64,000 bases of DNA, from assembly GCA_022822065.1 (NCBI GenBank), contig JAJECI010000001.1, positions 23,141 through 87,140 of the forward strand, given 5' to 3'. The first letter of the stretch is position 1; each line of letters begins with the position of its first letter. The position numbers and the translations under genes were made by a program. The stretch is from Candidatus Dadabacteria bacterium. GTDB taxonomy: Bacteria > Desulfobacterota_D > UBA1144 > Nemesobacterales > Nemesobacteraceae. Shown one piece after another: positions 49,638-60,446 of this stretch. Below the pieces are notes generated by a model. That model saw only the letters and a list, made by a program, of their open reading frames with translations, was not told the origin of the DNA and made no database searches.

Positions 49638-51131
49638 CTAACCAACCCTTTTCAAAGCGGAACTAACAAAACCCGGATGCACCTTGCCAATTTCCTGCGC
49701 AAGCTGCCCAATGACGTTCTTTATATCCCATTGCGCCCCCTCCGACATCCGCAGGTTCGTCAGGTGGTATAGCTCCCAGAGATCGAAGCTGCCGCAGACT
49801 CTCCTGTTGTGGGCGTTTGTGACAACGTAGCTCGCCACATCGCGAAGACCGGCATCGACGAGTTTTTCATAGAACCGCTCGCTTCGCCCGACGGCCTCGA
49901 GCAGAAGCTCCTCTGTTCCCGATTCCGTAACGTGCGGTGGAATCGTCACGCCCTCTCCCACGGAAGGCTCCTTTATGGTCCAGCTGACTTTCCTGTGCCT
50001 AAGCAGCTGATGCCACGCCGCCTCGCTCAGGACAAACTCCGCGCTGTAGTTAACCGATCTGAATATGCCCGCCGGGTTGTCGTGCTTCCCGAGTTCCCGA
50101 ACGGCAATTGAAAAAATTCTCTCAAGCTCAGGGGTGTTTTCGGAAAGGTGTTTTTCTATGTCTGCAACTGAAAGTCCCGAGAACTCGAAAAGAAGGCCTC
50201 TTGCGATCTCCCTTAGGGCCTCGACCTCGGGCTTTTCCTTTCCCCGCCCCGTGTACTCAAAAAGGGTGACCGAAGATCCGTTGCCGGGCACGCTCCCTCC
50301 GGCGTCGCCGAGACCGTGTGAGATCTCCTCGAGCGTCTCCCGCATTCCAACAATGTAGGGGTTCTCGTTTGCGTACTTAACAAGCGTCGGAACCGAAAAC
50401 CTGACCTCGCTTTTTATCTCCTCGGCCCTGTTTCTCGCTTCAAGGTAGCGGCTCGAGAGAAGCGCGGAGATGGTCTGCTCCATGGCCCTTGCGTTCGCCG
50501 TCATGCCGAGATTCGTAAGCGTGGAGAGATTAAGGGCGTACCTCGCGTCCTCAAACGCTATTTTCTCAAGCGCCCTGAAGTGGGCTTTTTCCTCCTTGCC
50601 TTCGGGAACGGGAAACTTCTTTTTCAGAAAATCAAAGAGCTCGGTGTTGAGCTGCGAGTAAACCTCGTACTGAAAATCGCAAAGCTCCTCGAACTCCTTT
50701 TTAAAGGCGGGGTGCGGGTCAAGCTCCTGGGGAATATAGTTATCGCCCTTGCGCGGTCTCTGGTATCTCTGCGAGTACTCGGTAAACGAGAGGAATTCGT
50801 TTACGCACTCAAGCAGGGATGAGAAAAGCCTCGAAACCCTCTCAACGCCTATGTGCACGGTCGCGTGCTCGGCAACAGAAGCGTGACCGTAGTTAAGAAC
50901 CCACTTCTCGTGGAACTTCTCCGCCCTGTCCCTCCCCATCTCCTGCTCCCTTATCACGGTGTCTATGTTTTCCCTGAAACTTTTGGGGCTTCTGCTTACG
51001 TAGGCGAAGATGACGGCGACGACTTCCTCGGGAATATTGCTTATGGTGTAGATGTCCCTGTCGAGATTCGAAACGTAGCGTTCCATCTCCCGGGCGACAT
51101 CTTTATCATCCATTTCTATCTCTGCGGACAA
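49638..51131 (-). CDS. thyX: FAD-dependent thymidylate synthase, tandem-domain long form.
   Basis: The first half has GHASVAEHATVHIGVERVSRL…YSQRY. The second half has a second ThyX-like core with LLRHRKVS. At 497 aa it is about twice a canonical ThyX. Confidence 0.6.
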   Translation of the reverse strand: MSAEIEMDDKDVAREMERYVSNLDRDIYTISNIPEEVVAVIFAYVSRSPKSFRENIDTVIREQEMGRDRAEKFHEKWVLNYGHASVAEHATVHIGVERVSRLFSSLLECVNEFLSFTEYSQRYQRPRKGDNYIPQELDPHPAFKKEFEELCDFQYEVYSQLNTELFDFLKKKFPVPEGKEEKAHFRALEKIAFEDARYALNLSTLTNLGMTANARAMEQTISALLSSRYLEARNRAEEIKSEVRFSVPTLVKYANENPYIVGMRETLEEISHGLGDAGGSVPGNGSSVTLFEYTGRGKEKPEVEALREIARGLLFEFSGLSVADIEKHLSENTPELERIFSIAVRELGKHDNPAGIFRSVNYSAEFVLSEAAWHQLLRHRKVSWTIKEPSVGEGVTIPPHVTESGTEELLLEAVGRSERFYEKLVDAGLRDVASYVVTNAHNRRVCGSFDLWELYHLTNLRMSEGAQWDIKNVIGQLAQEIGKVHPGFVSSALKRVG

Positions 51132-51168
51132 AACTGCTCTCCCGTTCCCCTCCCATGGCTCCCGCAGT

Positions 51169-51933
51169 TCAGGAGACCGTATGGGTTTCCTTGAGTTTAT
51201 TGACTATGTAAGGCATGACCTGGCTCGGGCTTCCGTATATGACGGCGCTTACGTATTCATCGGCCGGAGTGTTCCTCTCGCCGATAATAACGACCTTGTT
51301 CCCCTTGTTCATGACCTGGAAGGGAAAAGACGCCACGGGCTCGATTTCCAGATTCGCCCCGACGATTATGAAAAGATCGCAGTGCTGGAGCCTCATCCAG
51401 GACTCCCTTATCTCCCAGTGAGGAAGCGGCTGTCCGGGGAAGGACAGCGGAGGCTTCATCTGATCGCTCTGGCATTCCTTGCATTTCGGAATGCCGGTCT
51501 TGCTGTCCTCAAGGGAAAGCAGAATGCCATCGGTGCGGTAATCGTTTCCGCATTCATGGCAGTGGATCCAGTTTATCGTCGAGTATATCTCTATTATCTT
51601 CTCGCTGCCGGTTTTGCTGTGCAGGCCGTCGGCCGCCTGGGTCAAAACGCAGTCGACGTTGCAGAGAAACTCCATCTCGTAAATGGCTTCGTGGGCGGGA
51701 GAGGGCCGAGCCTCCGAGATCCTGGGATAAAAATCCTTTATCTTTTCCCAGTACTCCTTTCTTACCTCCGGGCGATTCTTGAATTTTCCTATGTCGGGAT
51801 TGAAGCTCAGATCAGAAACGTCGGGCAACCCGACTTCAAGAGAGAGTTCAACTCCCGTCAGAAAAACTATCTGAGAGGCTTCCTGAATCCATTTGACTGT
51901 CGCCGAGAGCGCATCCTGTTCCTGCTCGCTCAT
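51169..51933 (-). CDS. Sir2/CobB-family homologue with substituted catalytic motifs, a putative sirtuin pseudoenzyme.
   Basis: It is collinear with CobB. The changes are GAGIS to GVELS, QNIDxLH to QAADGLH, the catalytic HG to YS and GTS to GAN. The zinc-binding CHEC…CKEC pairs are retained, and the C-terminal YGSPSQVMPYIVNKL is CobB-like. Confidence 0.55.
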   Translation of the reverse strand: MSEQEQDALSATVKWIQEASQIVFLTGVELSLEVGLPDVSDLSFNPDIGKFKNRPEVRKEYWEKIKDFYPRISEARPSPAHEAIYEMEFLCNVDCVLTQAADGLHSKTGSEKIIEIYSTINWIHCHECGNDYRTDGILLSLEDSKTGIPKCKECQSDQMKPPLSFPGQPLPHWEIRESWMRLQHCDLFIIVGANLEIEPVASFPFQVMNKGNKVVIIGERNTPADEYVSAVIYGSPSQVMPYIVNKLKETHTVS

Positions 51934-52087
51934 TTCAGGTTTTGATTATAACCGCTCGCGTTAACTGTCCGCAAATTGATCGCAGCCCGCCGATGCCGGG
52001 TGAATTCAGGACGCGAAAAACCCCGCCACAGCGCAATTAAACGGGTTTAAATCGATTGCGGCGGAGCGGGCGGGTAGAATATCGTTT

Positions 52088-52408
52088 GTGGACGCAAAAC
52101 CTAAGGAAATAAACGAATTTACCGAAAAAGCCCTTCAGATCGTCTGGGACAACGGTGAAGAAAGCATATTCTTTTACGAAGAACTCAGGGAGATCTGTCC
52201 CTGCGCCACCTGCAGGAGACTCAGGAAAAAAAGCAGAACCGGGAAACTTCCGTTTAAAAAACGTATACCCCTCGGAAAAAGCAGCTTGGCACCGGAGAGA
52301 ATAGAGTACGTCGGGAATTACGCCATAAGGTTCATAGGCGAGAACTGGTGCGAAACCGGGTTCTACACATTCGATTTTTTAAGGAAAACCAGCGTTCCGG
52401 GCGGATAA
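52088..52408 (+). CDS. DUF971 (gamma-butyrobetaine hydroxylase-like N-terminal domain) protein.
   Basis: …LQIVWDNGEESIFFYEELREICPCATC…NYAIRFIGENW… GTG start. Confidence 0.5.
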   Translation: MDAKPKEINEFTEKALQIVWDNGEESIFFYEELREICPCATCRRLRKKSRTGKLPFKKRIPLGKSSLAPERIEYVGNYAIRFIGENWCETGFYTFDFLRKTSVPGG

Positions 52409-52426
52409 GGTCCCCGCGGCGGAAAA

Positions 52427-53323
52427 TCACGCGCGCGCGCTTATGGAAAGCCACTTCCTGGTAACAAAGCGATTGCCGTCCTCGTCCACTTCCCCGTGGA
52501 GAAGAATTGCCGGCTCAACAGCGTTTTTCATGGCGTCGGAAACGGCCTCATCCGGATAGCCGTGAAGGGCGCCGGCGGCATACTGCTGGAAGGAACTTAT
52601 GTACTCCCACGCTTCTTTCGTAAGGTCGGCGGCGAACTCCTGAGCGTCGATAAGGTCAAACCCTACCTTGCCTACTAGCTCTTCGTAGTAGGAGCGCGGA
52701 TGAAACTTCGCGGCTTCGGCCTTTTTCTCAACCTTTACTCTTCTCACTCCCTGTTTTCTCAGGACCTGGACGGCGTTTCTCACCTGGGTCCTGTAGAAAG
52801 GTATGGTCTCCTCGGGTCTTGCCCCCTCGTAAAAGGAGGTGTTGAAAAAGAACCAGCCTCCAGGCTTAAGCGCTTTTTTGATCGCCTTTAGGCTCTTCAG
52901 CTGCTCTTCCTCGTCAAGGTAGTGGATGCCGTTACCCCATACAGCCACGTCGAGGCTTTTCGGAGGGAGATCAAGCTCCTGTATGGATGAATTGATAAGA
53001 GTCAGCTTGTCAATCTCTTTTTCAAGCCTGCTTTTGGCAAGCTTGAGCGCGCCAGCCGACTGGTCAAGACAGAACACCGCGGACTCCTTCAGATTTGCGG
53101 GGAGCATATCAAAGAAAAGCTGCGCCATGGTTCCCGCGCCGGTAGCGACATCAAGGAACCTGTCGAGACTCTCGACCCCTCTGTCAACCATTATCTGGAT
53201 CCAGTTTCTGGTCATATCGCCGTTTACCTTTCTGTACTCCTCGGTATCGGCAAAAGGCTCATAGTTGTAATCTTCGGTATGCTTTTCCATCGTTTCTCTC
53301 CTCGGCTCTTGACCGGCCCGCAC
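52427..53323 (-). CDS. Class I SAM-dependent methyltransferase.
   Basis: Motif I LDVATGAGTMA and post-I …FCLDQS…. 298 aa. Confidence 0.6.
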   Translation of the reverse strand: MRAGQEPRRETMEKHTEDYNYEPFADTEEYRKVNGDMTRNWIQIMVDRGVESLDRFLDVATGAGTMAQLFFDMLPANLKESAVFCLDQSAGALKLAKSRLEKEIDKLTLINSSIQELDLPPKSLDVAVWGNGIHYLDEEEQLKSLKAIKKALKPGGWFFFNTSFYEGARPEETIPFYRTQVRNAVQVLRKQGVRRVKVEKKAEAAKFHPRSYYEELVGKVGFDLIDAQEFAADLTKEAWEYISSFQQYAAGALHGYPDEAVSDAMKNAVEPAILLHGEVDEDGNRFVTRKWLSISARA

Positions 53324-53421
53324 AACCTATTTCTTATACCCTGAATTCTAACATAATAGCAACAAGAACATTAAAAAAAATTAAAAACTGAGCCAAGAAA
53401 GTTTTAAGGCAATGAAAGAAA

Positions 53422-54066
53422 TCAGACTCCCCTTTTCTCTCCCCAGAATATCTTGTGAAGCTGCGGAAGCACTCTTACGTTTTCCATTCCGTCGCTCAGG
53501 ACCCTCTCTGCTATCCAGTCCGCTTTTGTGCCGTAAACGGGCTGGAATATGATTGAAGCCCTTATGCGGCACTTCGCCATAACACTCCTTGCGTACTCGT
53601 AGTCCGCACTGTCCGCTATCACGAACTTGAGCTGATCCTTTTCCCCCAGGGCGTCATAAAGCGAGAAATCCATTCTGGAGGCCATGCCCGAACCGGGACA
53701 CTTGCAGTCCATGCTCACAATTGAGTTGGGATGGGAGAAAATTCCGGGCGGCTTCTTGTTCCCGCTTGTTTCAAGCACGACCACGAAATCCCGCTCGAGG
53801 AGAGATCCCGCTATCTCCTCCACTTCATCCCGCTGGATAAGCGGCTCCCCGCCGGTTATGCAAACGCGGGAGCATCCGTACTCAAGGATCCTGCCGAGGA
53901 CCTCTCCGGTTTCCATCTCCCGGAAGTCAGAGCCCTCAACGGCGTACATGGTATCGCACCAGCTGCATCTGAGATCACAGGCGAAAAGCCTGAGAAAGAC
54001 CGTCGGCAGCCCGATATGGACCCCTTCACCCTGTATTGAAAAGAAAATTTCGCTTACCTTCATCAC
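53422..54066 (-). CDS. queE: 7-carboxy-7-deazaguanine synthase (radical SAM).
   Basis: …IFFSIQGEGVHIGLPTVFLRLFACDLRCSWCDT… (CxxxCxxC-type QueE motif). Confidence 0.85.
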   Translation of the reverse strand: MMKVSEIFFSIQGEGVHIGLPTVFLRLFACDLRCSWCDTMYAVEGSDFREMETGEVLGRILEYGCSRVCITGGEPLIQRDEVEEIAGSLLERDFVVVLETSGNKKPPGIFSHPNSIVSMDCKCPGSGMASRMDFSLYDALGEKDQLKFVIADSADYEYARSVMAKCRIRASIIFQPVYGTKADWIAERVLSDGMENVRVLPQLHKIFWGEKRGV

Positions 54067-54068
54067 AG

Positions 54069-54743
54069 TTACGCCTCGTACTCAGTCGGATCGTCCACGC
54101 CCGCTTCGATAAAGGCCCTTTTTCTCTCCCTGCACGAACTGCAGGTGCCGCAGTGCATACGGGAACCCACGTAGCACGACCACGTGTCTTCGAAAGGAAC
54201 CCCGAGATCCGCGCCGAGCCTTACTATCCCCGACTTGTCCATATCTACAAACGGGGCGACTATTGTGAGGCGTTCGTTATCAGTCGCGAGTCTCTCCGCT
54301 TTTTCGAAAGCCGAAACGAATTCCACCCGGCAGTCGGGATACACCCCCCTGTCGGAATGATGCGCTCCGTAGAACACGGTGTCGCAGCCGATGCTCTGTG
54401 AATAGGCGACCGCAAGGGAAAGAAAGATGGCGTTTCGGTTCGGAACGACCGTTGCCGAGAGGGTCTCGTAGTTGCCCGCCGTCGCGGAAACCCTAGGGAT
54501 CTCGACGTCCCGGTCGGTAAGCGCGGAGGAACCGAAAAGAGTCCTTGCGGAGGAAAGATCGATTATGTTGGGAGAAAGCCCCAGACGGCGGCATATATTC
54601 TCTGAGGAACGGATCTCCTTTTCGTGTTTCTGTCCGTAGATGAAGGTAAGAGGAAAGACTTCGTATCCTTCCCGAACCGCCTTGTAGCAGAGAGTAGAAC
54701 TGTCCACGCCTCCAGAGACCATCACAACCGCTTTTCCAGACAC
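54069..54743 (-). CDS. queC: 7-cyano-7-deazaguanine synthase.
   Basis: PP-loop KAVVMVSGGVDSST and C-terminal zinc Cys cluster (CGTCSSCRER). The start is probably GTG at 54743 (MSGKAVV…). The listed start at 54779 is a TTG. Confidence 0.85.
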   Translation of the reverse strand: MSGKAVVMVSGGVDSSTLCYKAVREGYEVFPLTFIYGQKHEKEIRSSENICRRLGLSPNIIDLSSARTLFGSSALTDRDVEIPRVSATAGNYETLSATVVPNRNAIFLSLAVAYSQSIGCDTVFYGAHHSDRGVYPDCRVEFVSAFEKAERLATDNERLTIVAPFVDMDKSGIVRLGADLGVPFEDTWSCYVGSRMHCGTCSSCRERKRAFIEAGVDDPTEYEA

Positions 54744-54911
54744 TTCCTTAATATTAAAGCCGAAAAAAACAAATAACAATTTTCCAATCGAACCCTTCCC
54801 GTGAAGGCAGGCGGGAGAAATTGAAACTTAAACAGTTTCAGTATGTTGGCAGAAGCAAATCGGAATTATATACTTATTTACCCGAGAGTCCGGGAAGGCG
54901 CGGAGAATTCT

Positions 54912-56819
54912 ATGAGTGAAACGGAAAAAAAACATGGACAGACCCTTCTTTTCGATGATTTTCCAAGCGTCTCGAAAGAAAGCTGGAAAAAAGAAGCCGA
55001 AAAAAGGATTTCCTACGAAGATCTCATATGGCATACCGAAGACGGCATAGAGGTCGAACCCTTCTACACAGAAGAAGAAGCCAAGGGCTTTTTCCCGGGG
55101 GAAACCCCGCTTCCGGGAGAATTTCCGTTCGTCCGGGGAACCGGCAAAAAAGATAACAGCTGGCTTCTTACAGAAGAGATAAAGCTCACCACACCGAAAA
55201 AGACTGGAGCCGCGGCACTCGCGGCAGTAGAGGGCGGGGCGGATTCTCTTACCTTCATCCCGCAGGCGGGAATGAAACGCAAGGTCCTCGAAACTCTCCT
55301 AGAAGACATAGATCCCCTGCGCATCAGCATAAACTTCGCCTTGAGAGAGGATCCGGAAAAGGCCTGCGCCCTTTTCATGTCCTCCTGCGCCAGAAAAAAA
55401 ATCGACACGCAGGAATTAAGCGGGGCCATGTTCTTCGACCCTCTATCGCATCTGCTTGGACACGGATCCCCCGAAACGCCGCTTGACGAGAATGTGGATA
55501 AAATCGCAGAAGCCATCGGATATCTTTCAGACACCGCGCCCGGCTACGGGGCGTTTTCGGTAAAAAGCGCGACGTTTAAAGACTCAGGCGCGACGATAAC
55601 CCAGGAGCTCGCCTTCACCATCGCCGCGGCAGTCGAATATCTGGTCATGCTTCGCCAAAAAGGCGTTGATACCGACAGCGCCTGCCGCCACTTCGTTTTT
55701 TCCTTTTCCACGGGCTCAAGCTACTTCGCGGAAATCGCCAAGCTTCGCGCCGCGAGAGCGCTCTGGGCAAACGTCACGCAGCAGTTCTCCCCCGCCTCTG
55801 CCGAATCCGCGAAAATGAGGATCCACTGCCGCACCACAGCCTTCAACAAAACCGTTTACGACCCGCACACAAACATATTGCGGACGGCACTTGAAGCCAT
55901 GGCGTCTGTAATCGGGGGGACAGACTCCCTGACCGTGGAGCCCTTTGACGCCCATTACAGGGAAGCCGACGGATTCTCAAGGAGAGTGGCGAGGAACATT
56001 CAGCTTCTCGCAAGAAACGAATCCCACCTCGACGCGGTGACCGACCCTGGAGCCGGTTCCTACCACATAGAGAAACTGACGCAGTCCATTTCACAGAAAT
56101 CCCTCGGGCTGTTCCAGGAAATAGAAAGAAAAGGAGGCTACCTTGAGTGCCTTAAAAGCGGTTTCATACAAAACGCGGTCGAGGAAAGCAGGAAGAAAGT
56201 CCTGAGCGACATTTCCCGGAGAAAAAAAACGCTTGTCGGAACAAACGAGTTCCCCAACCCCCTGGAAAAAATGGCGGGGGATATCGGGAAAACCCTACCC
56301 GCGGGAAAAGGGACAAACGGTTCGGCCCCGACGGTAGCGCCTCTTACGGAATCTAGGGCGGCCCAGATCTTTGAGGAAATAAGGCTTCTAAGCGAACAGT
56401 ACGCGGAGAAAACGGGCGAGGCGCCCAAAGTTTTTCTGCTTCACCTGAGCGGTTCGCCGCAGACGGTCGCAAGATCGGTTTTCTCGATGAATTTCTTCGG
56501 ATGCGGGGGGTTCGCTATAGTCGACGGAGCGGAAAATCCGGGCGTTGACGAGGGAGTCGCGGCAGCCTTGCGCGAGAATCCGCTCGCGGTAGCGCTCTGC
56601 GGTTCCGACAAAGATTACGAGGAGTTCGCCGAGGAGGCCGCAAGAAAACTCAAGGACAAGGGAGCGGAGATAAAAGTTGTGGTTCCAGGCGGCGGACAAA
56701 ACGAATGGGGAGAACTCGCTCAGGCGGGTGTGGATGATTTTATCAATTCGGATTCGGACGTCCGTGACATGCTTGAGCGATACCAGCAGCTGGTTTTCTC
56801 GGACGAGGTGGGACCATGA
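54912..56819 (+). CDS. mutA: Methylmalonyl-CoA mutase small (beta) subunit.
   Basis: MCM-like TIM-barrel region without a conserved B12-binding DxHxxG. ATG at 54912 after a GGAGA RBS. 4-nt overlap with mutB. Confidence 0.75.
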   Translation: MSETEKKHGQTLLFDDFPSVSKESWKKEAEKRISYEDLIWHTEDGIEVEPFYTEEEAKGFFPGETPLPGEFPFVRGTGKKDNSWLLTEEIKLTTPKKTGAAALAAVEGGADSLTFIPQAGMKRKVLETLLEDIDPLRISINFALREDPEKACALFMSSCARKKIDTQELSGAMFFDPLSHLLGHGSPETPLDENVDKIAEAIGYLSDTAPGYGAFSVKSATFKDSGATITQELAFTIAAAVEYLVMLRQKGVDTDSACRHFVFSFSTGSSYFAEIAKLRAARALWANVTQQFSPASAESAKMRIHCRTTAFNKTVYDPHTNILRTALEAMASVIGGTDSLTVEPFDAHYREADGFSRRVARNIQLLARNESHLDAVTDPGAGSYHIEKLTQSISQKSLGLFQEIERKGGYLECLKSGFIQNAVEESRKKVLSDISRRKKTLVGTNEFPNPLEKMAGDIGKTLPAGKGTNGSAPTVAPLTESRAAQIFEEIRLLSEQYAEKTGEAPKVFLLHLSGSPQTVARSVFSMNFFGCGGFAIVDGAENPGVDEGVAAALRENPLAVALCGSDKDYEEFAEEAARKLKDKGAEIKVVVPGGGQNEWGELAQAGVDDFINSDSDVRDMLERYQQLVFSDEVGP

Positions 56820-58954
56820 GACCTGATTTTTCGAAAATAGATCTCGGCTTCGGTTCAGACGGCAGCGGCAACGCACGCGCTAACGGAGAAATCGTTAGGG
56901 AGTCACCGGAGAAAATAGACATAAAAACGTTTTATGTCCGCGACGACCTCAGCGATTCAGAACATCTGGGATTCGTCTCCGGAATTCCGCCCTACCTTCG
57001 CGGACCCTACCCGACCATGTACCTAACGAGGCCCTGGACCATCAGGCAGTACGCGGGATTCTCCACCGCGGAGGAATCAAACGCCTTTTACAGGAGAAAC
57101 CTGGCCGCGGGGCAGAAGGGGCTTTCCATAGCTTTTGATCTTCCTACTCACAGGGGATATGACTCGGACCATCCCAGGGTTTCGGGAGATGTCGGAAAGG
57201 CGGGGGTGGCGATAGATTCGGTACTCGACATGGAGATTCTTCTCGATCGAATACCCCTTGACCGAATCTCGGTTTCCATGACCATGAACGGCGCAGTTCT
57301 GCCGATCATGGCTTTCTACATAGTCGTTGCGGAGCGGCAGGGAGTGAGGCCGGAAAAACTCAGCGGGACGATCCAGAACGACATACTCAAGGAGTTCATG
57401 GTAAGGAACACCTACATTTACCCGCCCGAATTCTCGATGAAGATAGTCTCTGACATTTTCGAATATACATCGAAAAACATGCCGAAGTTCAACTCGATAA
57501 GCGTAAGCGGCTACCACATGGAAGAAGCGGGCGCCACGTCGGACATAGAGCTTGCCTACACGCTCGCCGACGGCCTTGAGTATTTAAGGGCGGGCGTCGG
57601 GGCGGGACTCAACATCGACGATTTCGCTCCCAGAATTTCCTTTTTCTGGGGAATAGGCATGGACCATTTCATGGAAATCGCGAAAATGAGAGCGGCAAGG
57701 ATGCTCTGGGCCAAGATCGTCAAGACCTTTGAGCCCAAAAAGCCGGCGTCGCTCATGCTCAGAACCCACTGCCAGACTTCGGGATGGAGCCTCACGGAAC
57801 AGGACCCTTTTAACAACGTGACCAGAACGTGCGTTGAAGCCCTGAGCGCGGTGCTCGGCGGCACTCAATCGCTCCACACAAACGCCCTGGACGAGGCGAT
57901 CGCACTTCCCACCGACTTTTCCGCCAGGATAGCGAGAAACACCCAGCTTTATCTTCAGAAAGAAACAGACGTATGCAGGCTGATCGATCCATGGGCGGGA
58001 TCCTACTATGTCGAGTACCTGACTCACAATCTGGCAAGAAGGGCCTGGGAACTCATAATGGAGATAGAAGAACTGGGAGGGATGTCCAAAGCCATAGAAA
58101 CCGGTCTGCCGAAAATGAGAATAGAGGAAGCGGCGGCGCGGAAACAGGCGAGAATAGACTCGGGAAAAGACTTGATAGTAGGGGTCAACAGTTATAATTC
58201 GGACGCGCAGGAAGAATTCGATATACTGGAAGTGGATAACCGCAAGGTGAGGGAGAACCAGATTAAAAGACTAAGGAAGCTCAAAGAAAAGAGGGACTCT
58301 GAGGCGGTTGGGCGCGCGCTTCGCAAAATCACTGAATGCGCAGAAACCGGGCAGGGCAACCTTCTCTCCCTGGCAGTCGATGCCGCAAGGGAAAACGCCT
58401 CCCTCGGCGAAATATCGGACGCGTGCGAGGAGGCTTGGGGAAGATACAGGCCTGGATGGCGCACGATCTCGGGAGTATATTCATCGGAAATTTCGAAGGA
58501 CGCCGGGTTTGCCAGGGCAAGAGAACTTGCCGACCGTTTCGCCACTCTGGAAGGGAGAAGACCCAGGATACTGGTCGCAAAAATGGGGCAGGACGGCCAC
58601 GACCGCGGGGCGAAGATAATAGCGACGGGCTTTGCCGACCTCGGTTTCGACGTGGACATAGGCCCGCTCTTTCAGACCCCTGAAGAAGCGGCGAGGCAGG
58701 CGGTTGAAAACGATGTCCACATAATCGGAATATCAAGCCTTGCCGCCGGCCACAAGACGCTCATTCCCGAACTCATAGAAAAGCTCAGCGAGATGGGAGG
58801 CGACGACATAATGGTGGTCGCAGGAGGGGTTATACCCAAACGCGATTACGACTACCTCAGGAACTCCGGAGTCTCGCAGATATTCGGTCCGGGGACCGTG
58901 CTGTCCGAAGCGGCTGAAGCCATACTCGCGCCCCTGACAGAAACCCGAACATGA
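56816..58954 (+). CDS. mutB: Methylmalonyl-CoA mutase large (alpha) subunit.
   Basis: …[44 protein letters not shown]… and a C-terminal B12-binding domain (…[23 protein letters not shown]…). Confidence 0.9.
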   Translation: MRPDFSKIDLGFGSDGSGNARANGEIVRESPEKIDIKTFYVRDDLSDSEHLGFVSGIPPYLRGPYPTMYLTRPWTIRQYAGFSTAEESNAFYRRNLAAGQKGLSIAFDLPTHRGYDSDHPRVSGDVGKAGVAIDSVLDMEILLDRIPLDRISVSMTMNGAVLPIMAFYIVVAERQGVRPEKLSGTIQNDILKEFMVRNTYIYPPEFSMKIVSDIFEYTSKNMPKFNSISVSGYHMEEAGATSDIELAYTLADGLEYLRAGVGAGLNIDDFAPRISFFWGIGMDHFMEIAKMRAARMLWAKIVKTFEPKKPASLMLRTHCQTSGWSLTEQDPFNNVTRTCVEALSAVLGGTQSLHTNALDEAIALPTDFSARIARNTQLYLQKETDVCRLIDPWAGSYYVEYLTHNLARRAWELIMEIEELGGMSKAIETGLPKMRIEEAAARKQARIDSGKDLIVGVNSYNSDAQEEFDILEVDNRKVRENQIKRLRKLKEKRDSEAVGRALRKITECAETGQGNLLSLAVDAARENASLGEISDACEEAWGRYRPGWRTISGVYSSEISKDAGFARARELADRFATLEGRRPRILVAKMGQDGHDRGAKIIATGFADLGFDVDIGPLFQTPEEAARQAVENDVHIIGISSLAAGHKTLIPELIEKLSEMGGDDIMVVAGGVIPKRDYDYLRNSGVSQIFGPGTVLSEAAEAILAPLTETRT

Positions 58955-59961
58955 CCCCGCGCAGAAAAACGGAGGCGGAAACTTACCGCCAGGGCATAGC
59001 CAAGGGAGAAATACCCGCCCTGAGCAGGGCGATAACCCTCGCGGAGAGCACCCTCCCCGAGCACAAAAAGCTCGCGCGGGAGATAATCACGTGGTGTCTG
59101 CCGCGGTCCGGAAAATCGATAAGGGTGGGAATTACGGGCATCCCCGGAGTCGGGAAGAGCAGCTTCATAGAATCTCTGGGTCTCTATCTGGCCCGCGAGT
59201 GCGGAAGAAAGATAGCGGTGCTCGCAATCGATCCCACGAGCAGCGAAACCGGGGGAAGCGTTTTGGGCGACAAGCTCAGAATGCAGGAGCTTTCCCGGCA
59301 CGAAAACGTCTATATAAGGCCTTCCCCGTCATCCGGCTCCCTGGGAGGAGTCGCAAAAAAGACAAGCGACGCCGTGGTTCTCTGCGAGGCGGCGGGATTC
59401 GACACGATCTTTATAGAAACGGTGGGAGTCGGGCAGTCCGAAATTACCTGCCACTCCATGGTCGATTTTTTCATGCTGCTCATGATTACCGGAGCGGGAG
59501 ACGACATCCAGGGAATAAAAAAGGGAATAATAGAGCGCGCCGACGCCGTACTGGTAACCAAGGCGGACGGGAGAAACAAGAAAAAGGCGGAGCTTATGAA
59601 ACAGGAAATGGAAGAGTCGCTTGGATTTCACAGACCGCCCGAATCCGGCTGGGTTCCCAAGGCTTATACCTGCTCCTCCGTTACGGGTTACGGAATAAGG
59701 GAAATCTGGCAGTGCGTCATGGACTATGAAGATATCTGCAGAGAGAACGGATACTTTACGGAAAAAAGAAGAAAGCAGGCTAAATACCGCCTGCATGAAG
59801 CCCTCCTCCAGAATCTTGAGGACAGCTTTTATGAAAACTCCCTCATCAAAGAAACGCTCGGCAAAGTGGAAAAAGAAGTAATGGAAGGAAAGACGGATCC
59901 CTACACGGGAGCAGCGAATCTGCTTGACCTTTATTTTGAAACGATCCGTCCGCCCGAGTAA
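58951..59961 (+). CDS. meaB: Methylmalonyl-CoA mutase-associated GTPase MeaB/ArgK.
   Basis: P-loop [12 protein letters not shown], switch motifs and the NKAD-like TKADG. Confidence 0.9.
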   Translation: MTPRRKTEAETYRQGIAKGEIPALSRAITLAESTLPEHKKLAREIITWCLPRSGKSIRVGITGIPGVGKSSFIESLGLYLARECGRKIAVLAIDPTSSETGGSVLGDKLRMQELSRHENVYIRPSPSSGSLGGVAKKTSDAVVLCEAAGFDTIFIETVGVGQSEITCHSMVDFFMLLMITGAGDDIQGIKKGIIERADAVLVTKADGRNKKKAELMKQEMEESLGFHRPPESGWVPKAYTCSSVTGYGIREIWQCVMDYEDICRENGYFTEKRRKQAKYRLHEALLQNLEDSFYENSLIKETLGKVEKEVMEGKTDPYTGAANLLDLYFETIRPPE

Positions 59962-59972
59962 GCACAGGGAAG

Positions 59973-60446
59973 ATGATCATAAAACACCTCTCACCGAAAT
60001 ATATAAACGAGATCGTGAAGATCGAAAACGAGTCCTTCATCTCCCCATGGCCGAAACAGGTGCTCGCAGATTACATCAAAAAATCCGGGTTCTTCTGCAA
60101 CGTAGCCGTAAACGGAAGCGACGAAGACGTTGCGGGCTACTCGATATCCACCCTTGTCTACGACGAGATCCACGTATTCAAGATCGCCGTGGCATCCTGC
60201 CACAGGAGAAAGGGAATAGCGATTGAACTGCTCTCGGACACGTTTAATTTTTATGAAAAAATGGGGGCTCTATCGGTTATTTTGGAGGTAAGAACAACAA
60301 ACACCCCGGCGATCACGCTTTACAAAAAGCTCGGGTTTGAAATTCTCAGAACACGCAAGAACTATTACGGCAGGGGAAAAGGAGACGCCTATGTCATGGG
60401 TCTTGCGCTTGACAGCTACTATCAGAAGTTTCTCTCAGCCACGTAA
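59973..60446 (+). CDS. rimI: GNAT N-acetyltransferase (RimI-like).
   Basis: Acetyl-CoA binding motif A …VASCHRRKGIAIELL…. Confidence 0.65.
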   Translation: MIIKHLSPKYINEIVKIENESFISPWPKQVLADYIKKSGFFCNVAVNGSDEDVAGYSISTLVYDEIHVFKIAVASCHRRKGIAIELLSDTFNFYEKMGALSVILEVRTTNTPAITLYKKLGFEILRTRKNYYGRGKGDAYVMGLALDSYYQKFLSAT

